In this document: positions 37,858 through 48,683 of the stretch, in pieces
How the letters are laid out: every line of letters begins with the position of its first letter
Position numbering within the stretch: the stretch's first letter is position 1
NCBI GenBank assembly: GCA_039799905.1
Contig: JBDLRP010000024.1
Coordinates: 1-64,000, forward strand
Source: Pseudomonadota bacterium
Lineage (GTDB): Bacteria > Bdellovibrionota_B > Oligoflexia > Silvanigrellales > Silvanigrellaceae
DNA: 64,000 bases
Direction of reading: 5' to 3'
Notes under the pieces: model-generated
Told to the model about the DNA's origin: nothing
Databases searched by the model: none
The model's input: only the letters and a program-made list of their open reading frames with translations
Program-made: the position numbers and the translations under genes

Positions 37858-39931
37858 TGCTCTGCAATTCTCCGGCAGCCGAACTCACCTGAAGGGCGAC
37901 TTCTTTCAGAAGGTTGATTTGATCGCGCAGTGCCGCCGCTTCTTCGAACTCCAGCTGCTGCGATGCCTTTTGCATCAGTTTGGTAAGACGTTTGACTTCT
38001 TTGTCGAGTTTCTTTGGGTTGGTCAAAATAGTCCTGTCGTCGATTCCGTCCAGAGCCCGTTCAATTTTCATCTCCAGATCGGCTTCGTCAGGCGCGCTGT
38101 CGAGGTTGTAGATTTTGCGCAGCTGTTCCGGAATTTTCTTGATGATCGTTTGAGGAACGACGTTGTTTTCTTCGTTGTATTTCTGTTGCAGCTCGCGTCT
38201 GCGTGAGGTTTCGGCAAGGGTTGCCGCAATGCTGTCGGTGGTTTTGTCGGCATAGAGGATCACGCGGCCCTGCGCATTTCGTGCCGCACGCCCGACCGTT
38301 TGAATTAGACTTGTACGTGAACGGAGAAAACCTTCCTTGTCGGCATCGAGAATTCCCACAAGTTGCACTTCCGGCAGGTCAAGACCTTCGCGCAGCAGGT
38401 TGATTCCGACCAAAACATCGAACAGGCCGATGCGCAGATCGCGCAGTATTTCAACGCGTTCAATCGAATCAATGTCTGAATGCAGGTAGCGGATGCGGAT
38501 GCCGATATCTTTGTAGTAGTTCGTCAGGTCTTCCGACATTTTTTTGGTCAGTGTTGTGACCAGAACACGGCCGCCCTTGGCAATCGTTTTTTGGATCTCG
38601 CCGAGCAGGTCGTCCACCTGATGTTCGGCGGGCTTGACCTCGACTATCGGATCGAGCAGTCCGGTCGGACGGATCAGCTGTTGGACGCTTTGATAGTTGC
38701 AGCGCTCGAGTTCGAATTTCCCGGGAGTGGCCGAAACATAAATCGTTTGGCCCATGCGCGTCATGAATTCATCAAAGTTGAGCGGCCGGTTGTCGAGTGC
38801 GGCCGGCAGGCGGAATCCATGTTCGACAAGAACCTCTTTGCGTGCGCGGTCGCCGCGGTACATACCGCCGATTTGTGGCATGGTGACGTGACTCTCATCA
38901 ACTATCAGCAGGTAGTCGGACGGGAAATAATCGAGCAGGGTCGACGGTGGTTCACCTGGCTGGCGATTGTCCAAATAGCGGCTGTAATTTTCAACACCCT
39001 GACAGTAGCCCACTTCGCGCATCATTTCGAGATCATGCAAAACACGCTGTTCGAGGCGCTGAGCTTCAGCCAGATACCCGTTCATTTTGAACCACTCACA
39101 GCGGTCAATGAGGTCAAGCGAAATGCGTTCAATGATTCCCTCGAGCTGCTCGCGATCGGTCACGTGGTGTGAGGCAGGGTAGATGGCACAGCGTTTGACC
39201 CGCTCGATGATCGTTCCACGCAGGGCATCGATGAGTTGAAGTTTTTCTATCTTCTTTCCGAAAAATGAAATGCGCAGTGCCTTTTCGCGCTCGTGGCTCG
39301 GAATGATTTCAACGACATCACCGCGCACGCGGAATTTGCCGCGTTCTAAACTAATGTCGTTACGGGTGTATTGAATTTCAACAAGCCGGGCGAGCAGTTC
39401 GTCGCGTCCGATGCGATCGCCTTCTTCGACCATCACCATCGCCTTGAGATAAGCCTCCGGATCACCAAGGCCATAAATGCAGCTGACACTCGAGACGATA
39501 ATCACATCATCGCGCTCCAGTAGACTGCGCGTGGCGGCGTGGCGCATTTTGTCGATGTCTTCGTTGATGGTAGCTACTTTGTCGATGAATGTGTCGGTGC
39601 TCGGGACGTAGGCCTCGGGCTGATAATAATCGTAATAGCTGATGAAATACTCGACGGCGTTGTTGGGAAAGAGCGCCTTGAATTCCTGAAACAACTGCGC
39701 GGCAAGGGTCTTGTTTGGTGCCAATATCAATGCCGGACGCTGTGTCTCATAAATCACGTTGGCAATGGTGAAGGTCTTGCCCGAACCAGTGACACCCAAG
39801 AGAATTTGTTCGCTGACGCCGGCTTCCACACCTTCGACGAGGCTTTCAATCGCCTGCGGCTGATCGCCCATGGGCTCGAGCTCCCATGTCTTTTCAAAGC
39901 GGTCCGGACGTTCGGATGAGTCAGATTGCAT
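37847..39931 (-). CDS. uvrB: Excinuclease ABC subunit B
   Basis: [44 protein letters not shown]-terminal UVR motif. Confidence 0.98.
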   Translation of the reverse strand: MQSDSSERPDRFEKTWELEPMGDQPQAIESLVEGVEAGVSEQILLGVTGSGKTFTIANVIYETQRPALILAPNKTLAAQLFQEFKALFPNNAVEYFISYYDYYQPEAYVPSTDTFIDKVATINEDIDKMRHAATRSLLERDDVIIVSSVSCIYGLGDPEAYLKAMVMVEEGDRIGRDELLARLVEIQYTRNDISLERGKFRVRGDVVEIIPSHEREKALRISFFGKKIEKLQLIDALRGTIIERVKRCAIYPASHHVTDREQLEGIIERISLDLIDRCEWFKMNGYLAEAQRLEQRVLHDLEMMREVGYCQGVENYSRYLDNRQPGEPPSTLLDYFPSDYLLIVDESHVTMPQIGGMYRGDRARKEVLVEHGFRLPAALDNRPLNFDEFMTRMGQTIYVSATPGKFELERCNYQSVQQLIRPTGLLDPIVEVKPAEHQVDDLLGEIQKTIAKGGRVLVTTLTKKMSEDLTNYYKDIGIRIRYLHSDIDSIERVEILRDLRIGLFDVLVGINLLREGLDLPEVQLVGILDADKEGFLRSRTSLIQTVGRAARNAQGRVILYADKTTDSIAATLAETSRRRELQQKYNEENNVVPQTIIKKIPEQLRKIYNLDSAPDEADLEMKIERALDGIDDRTILTNPKKLDKEVKRLTKLMQKASQQLEFEEAAALRDQINLLKEVALQVSSAAGELQSNEF

Positions 39932-40014
39932 CGGTTGAACTCTGCCTGTGTGTGTGCCACATTAACGCCTTCAGGCGTAGCATAAGACCTACCTCGGACA
40001 AAGGATTTTCAGGC

Positions 40015-41421
40015 ATGGCCACCAGCAGACAATCGCTGACTTCAATCGCTGACATCCACGCGGAGCGCGTGGCATTGGGCAAGGTGACAATCGCAGGTTG
40101 GGTGAGAACCCGCCGCGCATCGAAAAAGTTCTCATTTCTCGAGATCAATGACGGTTCATCCGGCCGTTCGATTCAGGTCATTGTGGATGCTAGCTTGCCT
40201 AATTATGAGGCTGATTTAAGCCGACTGACAACCGGCGCTTCAGTCCGCATTGAAGGGCAGTTGGTTGCAAGCCCGGGGCAGGGGCAGAAATTCGAGATTC
40301 AAGCCATCGCCGTCCACGTTTATGGTTTCGCCGATCCTGAAAAATACCCGCTGCAGAAAAAAGACATGACTTATGAGTATCTGCGCGATGTGGCTTACAT
40401 GCGCGGCAGAACTGCGACGTTTGCGGGCGTTTTCAGAATCCGCGCGCGTGTCAGCCAAGCCATTCACCGTTTCTTCTCGGATCAGGGCTTTTACTACATT
40501 CATTCGCCATTGCTCACGACGTCCGATGCCGAGGGCGCAGGCGAGACATTTCAGGTCACGACTCTCCCGCTCGACAAACTTCCGCGCACGCCGTCGGGTG
40601 CCGTCGATTATTCACAAGACTTCTTCTGCTCACCCGCAATGCTGTGCGTGACTGGCCAGTTGGAGGCAGAAGCGCTCGCACTCGGCATGGGCAAAGTCTA
40701 CACATTCGGGCCCACCTTCCGCGCAGAGAATTCAAACACCAGCCGGCATTTGTCGGAGTTCTGGATGATTGAGCCGGAAATGGCTTTTTATGAAATTGAA
40801 GACAATATGCAGCTGGCGCAGGATATGATTCGATACGTCGTTAAAGATGTACTCGACCACTGTTCCGACGATCTCGAGAACATCATTGCCCGCAATGGAG
40901 TCGAAACGCGCGAATACCTCAAAATGGCGCTCGAGCGGCCTTTTGTGCGCGTGACCTACACTGAGGCTGTGGAAATTCTCAAATCATGCGGACGTTCGTT
41001 TGAATATCCGGTGGAGTGGGGCGAAGATCTCAAGAGTGAGCATGAGCGTTACCTTTGTGAGGAACACTTCAAGGCTCCAACTATCGTGTACAACTATCCT
41101 TCAGTCCTGAAGGCGTTTTACATGTACCAAAACGACGACGGTAAAACGGTTCGTGCCATGGACCTGCTGATGCCGGGCATTGGCGAGGTGATTGGCGGCA
41201 GCCAGCGCGAAGACCGTGAAGACGTTCTGATCGAAAAGATCAAGTCCAAAGGGCTCTCGCCTGAACATCTCGAATGGTACATCGATCTGCGCCGGTTCGG
41301 CGGTGTTCCGCACAGTGGTTTTGGACTCGGATTGGAGCGGTTGCTCGTGTGGATTACAGGCATGGGCAACGTGCGTGACGTGATTCCGTTCCCGCGCGTG
41401 CCCGGAACCTGCAAGTTCTAA
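40015..41421 (+). CDS. asnS: Asparagine--tRNA ligase
   Basis: GWVRTRR, INDGSS, PTFRAENSNTSRHL, GGSQRE, PHSGFGLGLER. Confidence 0.97.
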   Translation: MATSRQSLTSIADIHAERVALGKVTIAGWVRTRRASKKFSFLEINDGSSGRSIQVIVDASLPNYEADLSRLTTGASVRIEGQLVASPGQGQKFEIQAIAVHVYGFADPEKYPLQKKDMTYEYLRDVAYMRGRTATFAGVFRIRARVSQAIHRFFSDQGFYYIHSPLLTTSDAEGAGETFQVTTLPLDKLPRTPSGAVDYSQDFFCSPAMLCVTGQLEAEALALGMGKVYTFGPTFRAENSNTSRHLSEFWMIEPEMAFYEIEDNMQLAQDMIRYVVKDVLDHCSDDLENIIARNGVETREYLKMALERPFVRVTYTEAVEILKSCGRSFEYPVEWGEDLKSEHERYLCEEHFKAPTIVYNYPSVLKAFYMYQNDDGKTVRAMDLLMPGIGEVIGGSQREDREDVLIEKIKSKGLSPEHLEWYIDLRRFGGVPHSGFGLGLERLLVWITGMGNVRDVIPFPRVPGTCKF

Positions 41422-41433
41422 ACGGCGCCTTAT

Positions 41434-42870
41434 TTATTCGCTTGTCAGTTCGACATCAAGACCGGCACGCAGGCCATATGTGCTGCCGAGATCAACTTCA
41501 CCGGCGACCCAGCCTTTGGTTTTTCCGCTCACCTCGATCCACGGTTGCCAGCCCTGAGCTGCATTGTGAATGAGCTTTGCTGCGACAAGCCCGCCGAAAT
41601 CCGATTTCGTTGCATTAAAATCGAGGTCCTTGGGTTGCATCCACAGCATCACGCGCGCTCCCAATCCGAACGGTGTGTCAGACAGCGGAAGCGGACGGTG
41701 TTCCATTTCAATTTGCGGCAGGCTGCGTTCTTTGTTGATGTTCTGCTGCCACGCAAAAAATAATCCTTGAGTGCCAAAGGGGGTCTGTTTTTCAATGGTT
41801 TTCATAAAAAGGTTGAGCTTCAGGGCATAGCCGAAGGGGGCAAAGTAATGTGCGAGAGATGCATTTAACCCAAGCCTTCGTCCTGTCGCAGGGCTCGTCA
41901 TCGAAAATGAATCGAAGCCGAACAGTTCGGGATCGAAGAAGTTAAGATAGTGCAGGACATTCTGCTTTTTGAGATAGTCTTTTTCTTCTTTGCTGAGATC
42001 GGCAAACGCCGTGTAGCGCTTGATGCCGACACCGGAGGGATGTTGTCCGCGTTCCTCATATTTTTCGTTCGGACGGAAAAGGTCTCGAACCCAGCCTGAG
42101 TAATCCGGACCGACGAAATCACGTGCACGGATGTTGTTGCCCTCGCGTTTTTCAATTTCCACAATAGTTTTGTCGAGGTCGCCATCAACAATGGATTGTA
42201 TGTAGCCGCTCGAGCCGAGCTGGATGAGCCACATCAACGGCAGGTTGTTGCTGGATTTTAGATTTCTGTAAAAGTGATCTTTCTTGAGTGACTGAATGAA
42301 TTCTCGCTCACTCTCATTGCCGGCAATCGAAAGGCGCAGCTGGTCTTTGGGGTAAAGGCTTTTGAGCCGGATGTGATCCTCATCGGACTGGCCATTGACA
42401 GAGTACACTTCGCCGAATGGTTTGAAGTCGTTAATCGTGTTGTGACTCGGAACGCCTCTGTGGGTCATGACCGCACGATGCCATTCCTCATGAGTCCAGG
42501 CGGTCGAGAGGGGAAGTGTAGAAAGGGAATAGTCTGTTGCTAACAGAAGGCTGAACCTCAGCCAGCGTTTGAGTCGGGTGTCCTCGTCGGGAAGGATGTG
42601 TTCAAGGCCGTAATGAACTGCGCTGTACCAGCTTCGCGAGAGGTCCAACGACTCGGCCATGCTCGGGCTTTTGTATCCATGGCGGAAGTTATACGGAGCG
42701 TCCAAAAGCGTAAAATGCAGCACTGTGCGCGGGGCGGATTGTTTTTCTGTTCCTTCAGACACCGGTGCCGGCGCAGCCGCGGGAGTCGTCTCGGATGCGG
42801 CACTGCCAAGTGAGATTGAACAAACTGAGAACGCTGTGCCCATGAGCAGCAGATTTTTTTTAAATTTCAT
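41434..42870 (-). CDS. Hypothetical exported protein with HExxH motif and beta-strand-rich C-terminus
   Basis: Signal peptide MKFKKNLLL; WTHEEWHRAVM; C-terminal amphipathic strands. Confidence 0.65.
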   Translation of the reverse strand: MKFKKNLLLMGTAFSVCSISLGSAASETTPAAAPAPVSEGTEKQSAPRTVLHFTLLDAPYNFRHGYKSPSMAESLDLSRSWYSAVHYGLEHILPDEDTRLKRWLRFSLLLATDYSLSTLPLSTAWTHEEWHRAVMTHRGVPSHNTINDFKPFGEVYSVNGQSDEDHIRLKSLYPKDQLRLSIAGNESEREFIQSLKKDHFYRNLKSSNNLPLMWLIQLGSSGYIQSIVDGDLDKTIVEIEKREGNNIRARDFVGPDYSGWVRDLFRPNEKYEERGQHPSGVGIKRYTAFADLSKEEKDYLKKQNVLHYLNFFDPELFGFDSFSMTSPATGRRLGLNASLAHYFAPFGYALKLNLFMKTIEKQTPFGTQGLFFAWQQNINKERSLPQIEMEHRPLPLSDTPFGLGARVMLWMQPKDLDFNATKSDFGGLVAAKLIHNAAQGWQPWIEVSGKTKGWVAGEVDLGSTYGLRAGLDVELTSE

Positions 42871-42934
42871 TTTTGCTCCGCGGATGCTTGTTGCTGTGAA
42901 TGCATAAAATATTTGCGCATGATGCATCATATCT

Positions 42935-44035
42935 TCACTTGATATAGCGCAGCATTCCCGCAGCCGGACTCGACTTACGCATGCGCAGCAGTTGAGCCAT
43001 TGTTGATGGAGAAATTCCCTCTTCAACCTTGAATTGGCAGGCCGCCAATTCACGCGGTGGCTTTTTGAAAAGCCGGTTCACGCGCAATCCGTCGCCAGTG
43101 ACATGAACCGACACTTCGTTGAGTTGTGCAAATGTGAGTTTGGCACATTCCGTTGGTTCAATGTGCGGCCGACTGTCGTCGCCCGCCAATTGCTTTCGCA
43201 ACAATGCCTGCAGAACGTCGGCTTCTTTGCGTTGCCTGAGAAGATTCAAGAGTGCCTGAGGATTCTGAGTGAAGTCTTGAATCGACAGCGTGCGTCCGCT
43301 GCGTAAATCGAACGTGTTGAGCTGCTCGCTGCCTCCCTGCGGATTGCAGGTGTCGCCCAGACGGTATCGGACTGTGACGTATCCGCCGCGCAAGTACTCA
43401 ACCAAAGATGTTTCCGAGACGGTTTCGCAAGGTTCCTTGCTGCCCATCGACTTGGTGATGCGTGTTTCAAAAGGGCGGCCCTCTGCCGTCCAGTCGCCCA
43501 GAAGCTTGACCACGAGTGGCTCGGCATTTGCCGGAACGCCGTCCATGCCAAGGAAGAGAGTTTCGCAGATCATTTCCGTGTTGACGGCGTTGGGTTCCAA
43601 ACAGGCGCCGTTGTCATAACACATGTCGATGGACTTGCTGCGCGACTCGCGGTGTGAAAGCAGCGCCTTTTCGAGTGACTCCATGCGCTGAAATAAGAAC
43701 GCACGCGGCGATGAACAACGGATTGAGTCGGGTTTATTGGGTAGTGCGGTCAACCATGAATCCGCATAGAGTTCCCAGCGTTTTTGGTGTGCCTGAAGGG
43801 CCGGTCTGCTGCCTGCAGGCAGGACCTTGTTCAGTGCGCGCTCGGCCGTGGCAATGCGCTGCAGAAATCGAGCTGCGGTAGGATCTTCGCAAGCAATACG
43901 CTTGAGGGCATGAGCGGAGTACTGTCGGCAATTGGCAGCCGCGCCGGCGTCGGCACTCTGATTTGCAGAGGCTGTTTGTGATGTTGTCAGAGCGTGCCCG
44001 GAAATAAATGCAAGCAGCAATGTGCAGGACTTCAA
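42935..44035 (-). CDS. Exported Cys-rich protein, LprI-like N-terminus plus RsiV/DUF3298-like C-terminus
   Basis: TTG start after GGGAGG; C..IAC..LQAHQKRW (LprI-like); NTFDLRSGRTLSIQDF (DUF3298/RsiV-like). Confidence 0.5.
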   Translation of the reverse strand: MKSCTLLLAFISGHALTTSQTASANQSADAGAAANCRQYSAHALKRIACEDPTAARFLQRIATAERALNKVLPAGSRPALQAHQKRWELYADSWLTALPNKPDSIRCSSPRAFLFQRMESLEKALLSHRESRSKSIDMCYDNGACLEPNAVNTEMICETLFLGMDGVPANAEPLVVKLLGDWTAEGRPFETRITKSMGSKEPCETVSETSLVEYLRGGYVTVRYRLGDTCNPQGGSEQLNTFDLRSGRTLSIQDFTQNPQALLNLLRQRKEADVLQALLRKQLAGDDSRPHIEPTECAKLTFAQLNEVSVHVTGDGLRVNRLFKKPPRELAACQFKVEEGISPSTMAQLLRMRKSSPAAGMLRYIK

Positions 44036-44082
44036 GTTGACAACCTCCCGTAAGTGCCTTGGCGCGGTGGGACGATTGTAAT

Positions 44083-47000
44083 TCATCGGGCGCGCATATC
44101 AAAGACCCCGTCCCATTCTTCGGGAGGTGGTGGGTTCTGTTTTAACCTCACTGCCCTGTCGAGATACAATGCAGCAACTTTATCTGCCGGATTCTCGTCG
44201 AGGTTCTTTTTCCATCCGTCGATTGCGGTATCCCATTGGGCGGCGTGAAAGGCCCTCATCGCACTCTCGTGGCGCTCCAACGTCTTGAGTTTCAACTCTC
44301 GGACGTGGGGATGATCGGCATTGTAAATTTCAACGATGCTCAAAGCGCGTGTGAATCCTGCAGGGCGGACACGGCCGAGCGAGCGGAAGTCAAAGTGTTT
44401 TGGATTCTGAGTGAGAATCATCGAATCCTGACTGGTGATCAGTCCGACGGAAAAGACTTTGGTGATTCCCTCAAGGCGAGAAGCGAGATTGACGCTGTCG
44501 GAGATGACCGTACCTTCCATGCGCTGGTCGTTTCCGAGTGTACCGAGCATCAGCGGTCCATGGTGTACCCCGATCCCGATATTGATGGGTGGCCGGAACG
44601 AAGTCTTGCGCTGATTGTTGAAATTCTCCAACTCGCGCTGCAGGTCGATGGCTGCAAGTAGCGCGTCATCGGGACGGTTCGGAAAAAGCGCCATCACGGC
44701 GTCGCCGATATACTTGTCGATGAAGCCGCAGTTTTTTTGGATGAGCGGGTTGACGGTCGCAAAATAGCTATTGAGGAAATCAAAGTTTTCTTTTGGCGTC
44801 ATAGTCTCTGAGATTTTTGAAAATTGCCGTATGTCGAGAAACAATACGGTCATTTCCCGCAGCACCTGATCACCCAGCCGCACATCGATGATTGATTCGC
44901 GTCCCAAAAGCTGAAGCAGATCCTGCGGAATAAATCTGGAATACGCGCCGTGAATTTTGCTGATGTGCAGATGGTTGCGCATACGTGCGAGCAGCTCGGA
45001 CTGACTGAACGGCTTCATCAGGAAGTCATTGGCACCGCTGCCGAAGCAGGTGATAAGGTCGCTGATTTGGTTTTTTGCGGTGAGGATAATCACAGGTAGG
45101 TCGGTAACCTGATGGGTCTTGCGGATCTCGGCCAGCACCTCCAGCCCGGACATGCGCGGCATCATAAGGTCGAGCAGGACGAGATCCGGTTTGAATTGTT
45201 GCATGGCCCTCAGTGCGGAGGGGCCATCTTCACAGATGACAAGTTGATAGTTTTCGGAACGCAATTGGTTTTGCAGCACCTGACGGTTGATTGGCTCGTC
45301 ATCAACAACCAGAATTTTGTATCCCTTTTGATCATCCATGCGGGTGTGAATGGAAGGGGATGTTTCGCCGGCCGGAGTTTCGCTTTCCCACCAAACTGAG
45401 TTTTGTTCAAGCATTCGCGGGCGCTGCATTTTTTGCTGTATGCCGGCATCGATAACTTCGCCTTTGCTCGCTGCGGCAATGCTTTGTATGGACAGCGGAA
45501 TGGTGAATGAAAACTGCGAGCCTACCTCGGGTTGTGATTCAACCTGAATGTGTCCGCCATGCAGTTCAACAAGTTGCTTGGTGATCGTCAAGCCGAGTCC
45601 TGTTCCGCCGTAAGCGCGATTGATGTGTCCGTCGGCTTGTTCGAAGGCGTTGAAGATTCTCTGTTTCTTGGCGGGATCGATACCGATTCCCGTGTCGGCT
45701 ACCGTGATGCGCATGAAGCGTCCTTCCACTTCAGCTGAAACACTGACATGGCCGGTGTGCGTAAACTTGATTGCGTTTGCAATGAGGTTTTGGAGGATTT
45801 GTTGAATCCTTGCCTCATCGGCTTCCAGCATCGGCAAATTCGGTTCGACGTTGTTGTGCAGGGTGAGCGCTTTGCCGCCCACGAGCGGCTGGTTGAGTGC
45901 AAGTAGGACCTGCACCATTGGCCGGAGTTCGACGTCGCTGAGCCGAAGCTTCAAATTACGCTGCTTGATTTGAGAAAAATCAAGCAAATCGTTGACGAGA
46001 TTTGTCAGCCTGCGGCCTGAGGCGGATATCAGACCAAGATTCTCCCTGAGACGTGAATTGAGGCTTCCTTCACTGCCATTGAGCAACGTTTCAGCGAGAC
46101 CGACGATGCCGTGTAACGGCGTACGCAGCTCATGTGAAGTGTTGGCAAGAAAGTCGTCTTTCAGTTTGTCAGCACGCCTGAGCTCCGAAACCACACTGAG
46201 GTTGTCGAGCGTCAGACAAAGCGTCTGTTCGGTAATCTTGATGAAATGCATCTCTTCGCGGGTCAGGAACATTTCCTTGTCGCAAGAAATTGAAACCATT
46301 CCGAGCCAGCGCAGATCTTGGAACAAGTTGAGCGTCAGCACACCACCTATTGTAGACATCGGCGGTTGTTCATCGGGAATAGGGGGAACACCTGATTTTA
46401 AAACAGGTGCAGGAATGACGGGCTGATCCGTAGGATGACTCAAATGCGCCGTGTATTGCAGAACCCTGCGCGGCTCATGGCTTGGAAGAATGATTTCAAC
46501 ATCTATCTCGCGCAGTGATTCGAGTTCTTTTTGCAGAATATTAAGAGCTGCAAACACCGCTGAGACATGCTCATGAGAGCTTGCCAGCTGCCGGCTTCCC
46601 AGCATCAGCTGTTCGACGCGTCTGCGCAGTGTGCGTGCGTACTCGCCAATTTTTTGTGTGACACTGCCGATACCCAGCATGGCGGAAAGAAGAAGCACGG
46701 GCACAAGCAGAGCCTGTCGCCAATCCAGAGGGTCGTACAGGTTTGCACTTTTGCCTGCGCCCGAAAGATCACGCCAAGAAGCGAGGGCCATAAGAAACAC
46801 CACACCACTGACAAGCAGTCCTCGCAGTGTGAAAAAATGCGTCGGGTTGAAGAGCGTCTGTCCTGAGTCAAGGTCTTGCAGAGAATCCGACCGCGGTGCA
46901 GGCTTTTTTCTGAAATGCAGATGAATGGAATAAGCGGACACAATGATTGTCGAGACTGCGATGATCAGGTCGGCCGCGCGCTCGCTGCGGAATATGAACA

Positions 47001-48081
47001 ACGATTTTTCGCTGTAGAAAAACACCATGGCGGCTGCCAGCAGTGCAGAGTTCATCAGTGCAAATGCATATCTGGCCTTGCGAGATGCAAAGCGGGAGCT
47101 TGGCTCGATAATCAGCTCATAAATGACCCGCGCCTGCCAGAAGAGCACAATCAGCAGAATGAGTGCAGTCAGGACTCTCAACTGATTCACATTCAGCGTC
47201 AGACCGAGCAGACTGACTTTTACACCTTGAAATGTGGATATTGAGTGTGCGAAGAATGCTTTTATACCTTTGAGAAATGCAAAGATGCTGATGTGGAAAA
47301 GAATCTTGCTACTGTCCAGAATGACTGCCATTGCGGCGACGAGTACAGGAAGAGTGAGTGACAACAGAGTCAGCGGGATGGAGGAGTCGACAAGTTTCTG
47401 CAGTAATCCTGTGTATGCAGTCGTGTTGCCGCTCACCATCAAAGCAACAGGAAGAGTGATGGGGCCGAAGGCGCTTGGAAAAGCGTATTTATTTGCATTG
47501 TAATCGAGACTGATGGAGCCGCTGGCAAGAATGTCTGTGATGGCGAAGGTGCTCACCGCATTTGTTCCATTGCCCGCGTGTATTTGCTTGTTGTCTTGGT
47601 TTGTGTAGATGCGCAGCGTTGACTGATACGTTCTCGGCACAACCAGACTCAGATAAGTTGCATGTTTGCTGATGCTGTTGATCCAGTCGATGTCAGGTAT
47701 TTTGAAGCGGTAGACAAGACGCGCAGAGTTGGGCAACAGCGTCTGCCCGTTTTTCTTGAATTCATTCTCAAGGCCGGCAAACATGTTGGTTGTCCGCGGC
47801 AGGGTGACCGTCGTTTTGGTAGCCTGCAAGGGCATGCAGTCTTCGAGAACATCTTTCGGTGTTTTGCAGTGAAACGGTGAAGCCTGCCACTCCTGCAGGA
47901 GAATCAGAACTTTTTCATTTTTCATCCGCTCGATTTGTGCATTGATGTCATAACTGCGCTGGAGGCCAAGCATGAACAAAATAAAAAGGACTGTGCTGAT
48001 ACAAAGCAACAGCACGGGAAGAACATTATAAATGGAAATTTTCTTAAAATATTTCTTTAAAAATGTTTGAAAATATCTCAC
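44083..48081 (-). CDS. Membrane hybrid sensor: histidine kinase - receiver - class III adenylate cyclase
   Basis: Multiple TMs; NTSHELRTPL; NAIKFT, DTGIGI, GGTGLGL; REC VVDDEP..LDLMMP..KPF; cyclase FLDIRQFS, DKYIGDAVMA, EGTVISDSVNLASRLE. GTG start after GGAGG. Confidence 0.9.
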   Translation of the reverse strand: MRYFQTFLKKYFKKISIYNVLPVLLLCISTVLFILFMLGLQRSYDINAQIERMKNEKVLILLQEWQASPFHCKTPKDVLEDCMPLQATKTTVTLPRTTNMFAGLENEFKKNGQTLLPNSARLVYRFKIPDIDWINSISKHATYLSLVVPRTYQSTLRIYTNQDNKQIHAGNGTNAVSTFAITDILASGSISLDYNANKYAFPSAFGPITLPVALMVSGNTTAYTGLLQKLVDSSIPLTLLSLTLPVLVAAMAVILDSSKILFHISIFAFLKGIKAFFAHSISTFQGVKVSLLGLTLNVNQLRVLTALILLIVLFWQARVIYELIIEPSSRFASRKARYAFALMNSALLAAAMVFFYSEKSLFIFRSERAADLIIAVSTIIVSAYSIHLHFRKKPAPRSDSLQDLDSGQTLFNPTHFFTLRGLLVSGVVFLMALASWRDLSGAGKSANLYDPLDWRQALLVPVLLLSAMLGIGSVTQKIGEYARTLRRRVEQLMLGSRQLASSHEHVSAVFAALNILQKELESLREIDVEIILPSHEPRRVLQYTAHLSHPTDQPVIPAPVLKSGVPPIPDEQPPMSTIGGVLTLNLFQDLRWLGMVSISCDKEMFLTREEMHFIKITEQTLCLTLDNLSVVSELRRADKLKDDFLANTSHELRTPLHGIVGLAETLLNGSEGSLNSRLRENLGLISASGRRLTNLVNDLLDFSQIKQRNLKLRLSDVELRPMVQVLLALNQPLVGGKALTLHNNVEPNLPMLEADEARIQQILQNLIANAIKFTHTGHVSVSAEVEGRFMRITVADTGIGIDPAKKQRIFNAFEQADGHINRAYGGTGLGLTITKQLVELHGGHIQVESQPEVGSQFSFTIPLSIQSIAAASKGEVIDAGIQQKMQRPRMLEQNSVWWESETPAGETSPSIHTRMDDQKGYKILVVDDEPINRQVLQNQLRSENYQLVICEDGPSALRAMQQFKPDLVLLDLMMPRMSGLEVLAEIRKTHQVTDLPVIILTAKNQISDLITCFGSGANDFLMKPFSQSELLARMRNHLHISKIHGAYSRFIPQDLLQLLGRESIIDVRLGDQVLREMTVLFLDIRQFSKISETMTPKENFDFLNSYFATVNPLIQKNCGFIDKYIGDAVMALFPNRPDDALLAAIDLQRELENFNNQRKTSFRPPINIGIGVHHGPLMLGTLGNDQRMEGTVISDSVNLASRLEGITKVFSVGLITSQDSMILTQNPKHFDFRSLGRVRPAGFTRALSIVEIYNADHPHVRELKLKTLERHESAMRAFHAAQWDTAIDGWKKNLDENPADKVAALYLDRAVRLKQNPPPPEEWDGVFDMRAR

Positions 48082-48170
48082 ACTTGCGCCTCCGCAGCGA
48101 CTCGATCTTCGCCCTCCGGTGAGGCTTTGCAAAGAGCCAAAATGATGACCTGCACATCAGGCTGTCGGAT

Positions 48171-48683
48171 TCACAGGAACTCGACTGACGCTTCGACGTC
48201 AGTTGGACGCCACGATTCATCGGCGATCACAGGTATGACCACGGCATTCTTTTGCGTATTCAACACATCCTGGGTCATGCCTGTGCATATCTGTTCATTG
48301 AACTGAACTCCCGACCGGCAGACAAATTTTCCAGTCAGGGTGATGCGTTGTTTTGCCCTCACCGACAGACGTACCTCCTGGTATGCCGCGCATCGGTTGT
48401 CGATTTGTGTCGTCAGGACAGTTTGTGTCAGGCCCGATCGGCGTGGGTCGACGATGGTACCCATGTCGAGGGGAACCCGGCAGTAACTCACCGCGCCGGT
48501 CGTACCATTAGCAGTGCCGCCAGTCAGCCGTGAGCGCGAGTTGCCGTTGTTGTTTGGACCCGTAGGAGTCTCGTTGTCCTCGACGGAGTTTTTTGGACCA
48601 CAGCTTAACGTAAATGCTGCAATCACGGCCGGCACTAGTGCCAGACATAAACTCGAAATTTTGTTACCTGCATCATTCTTCAT
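48171..48683 (-). CDS. Hypothetical lipoprotein
   Basis: Lipobox TLS-C; four further Cys; start overlaps the asnB stop (ATGA). Confidence 0.7.
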   Translation of the reverse strand: MKNDAGNKISSLCLALVPAVIAAFTLSCGPKNSVEDNETPTGPNNNGNSRSRLTGGTANGTTGAVSYCRVPLDMGTIVDPRRSGLTQTVLTTQIDNRCAAYQEVRLSVRAKQRITLTGKFVCRSGVQFNEQICTGMTQDVLNTQKNAVVIPVIADESWRPTDVEASVEFL

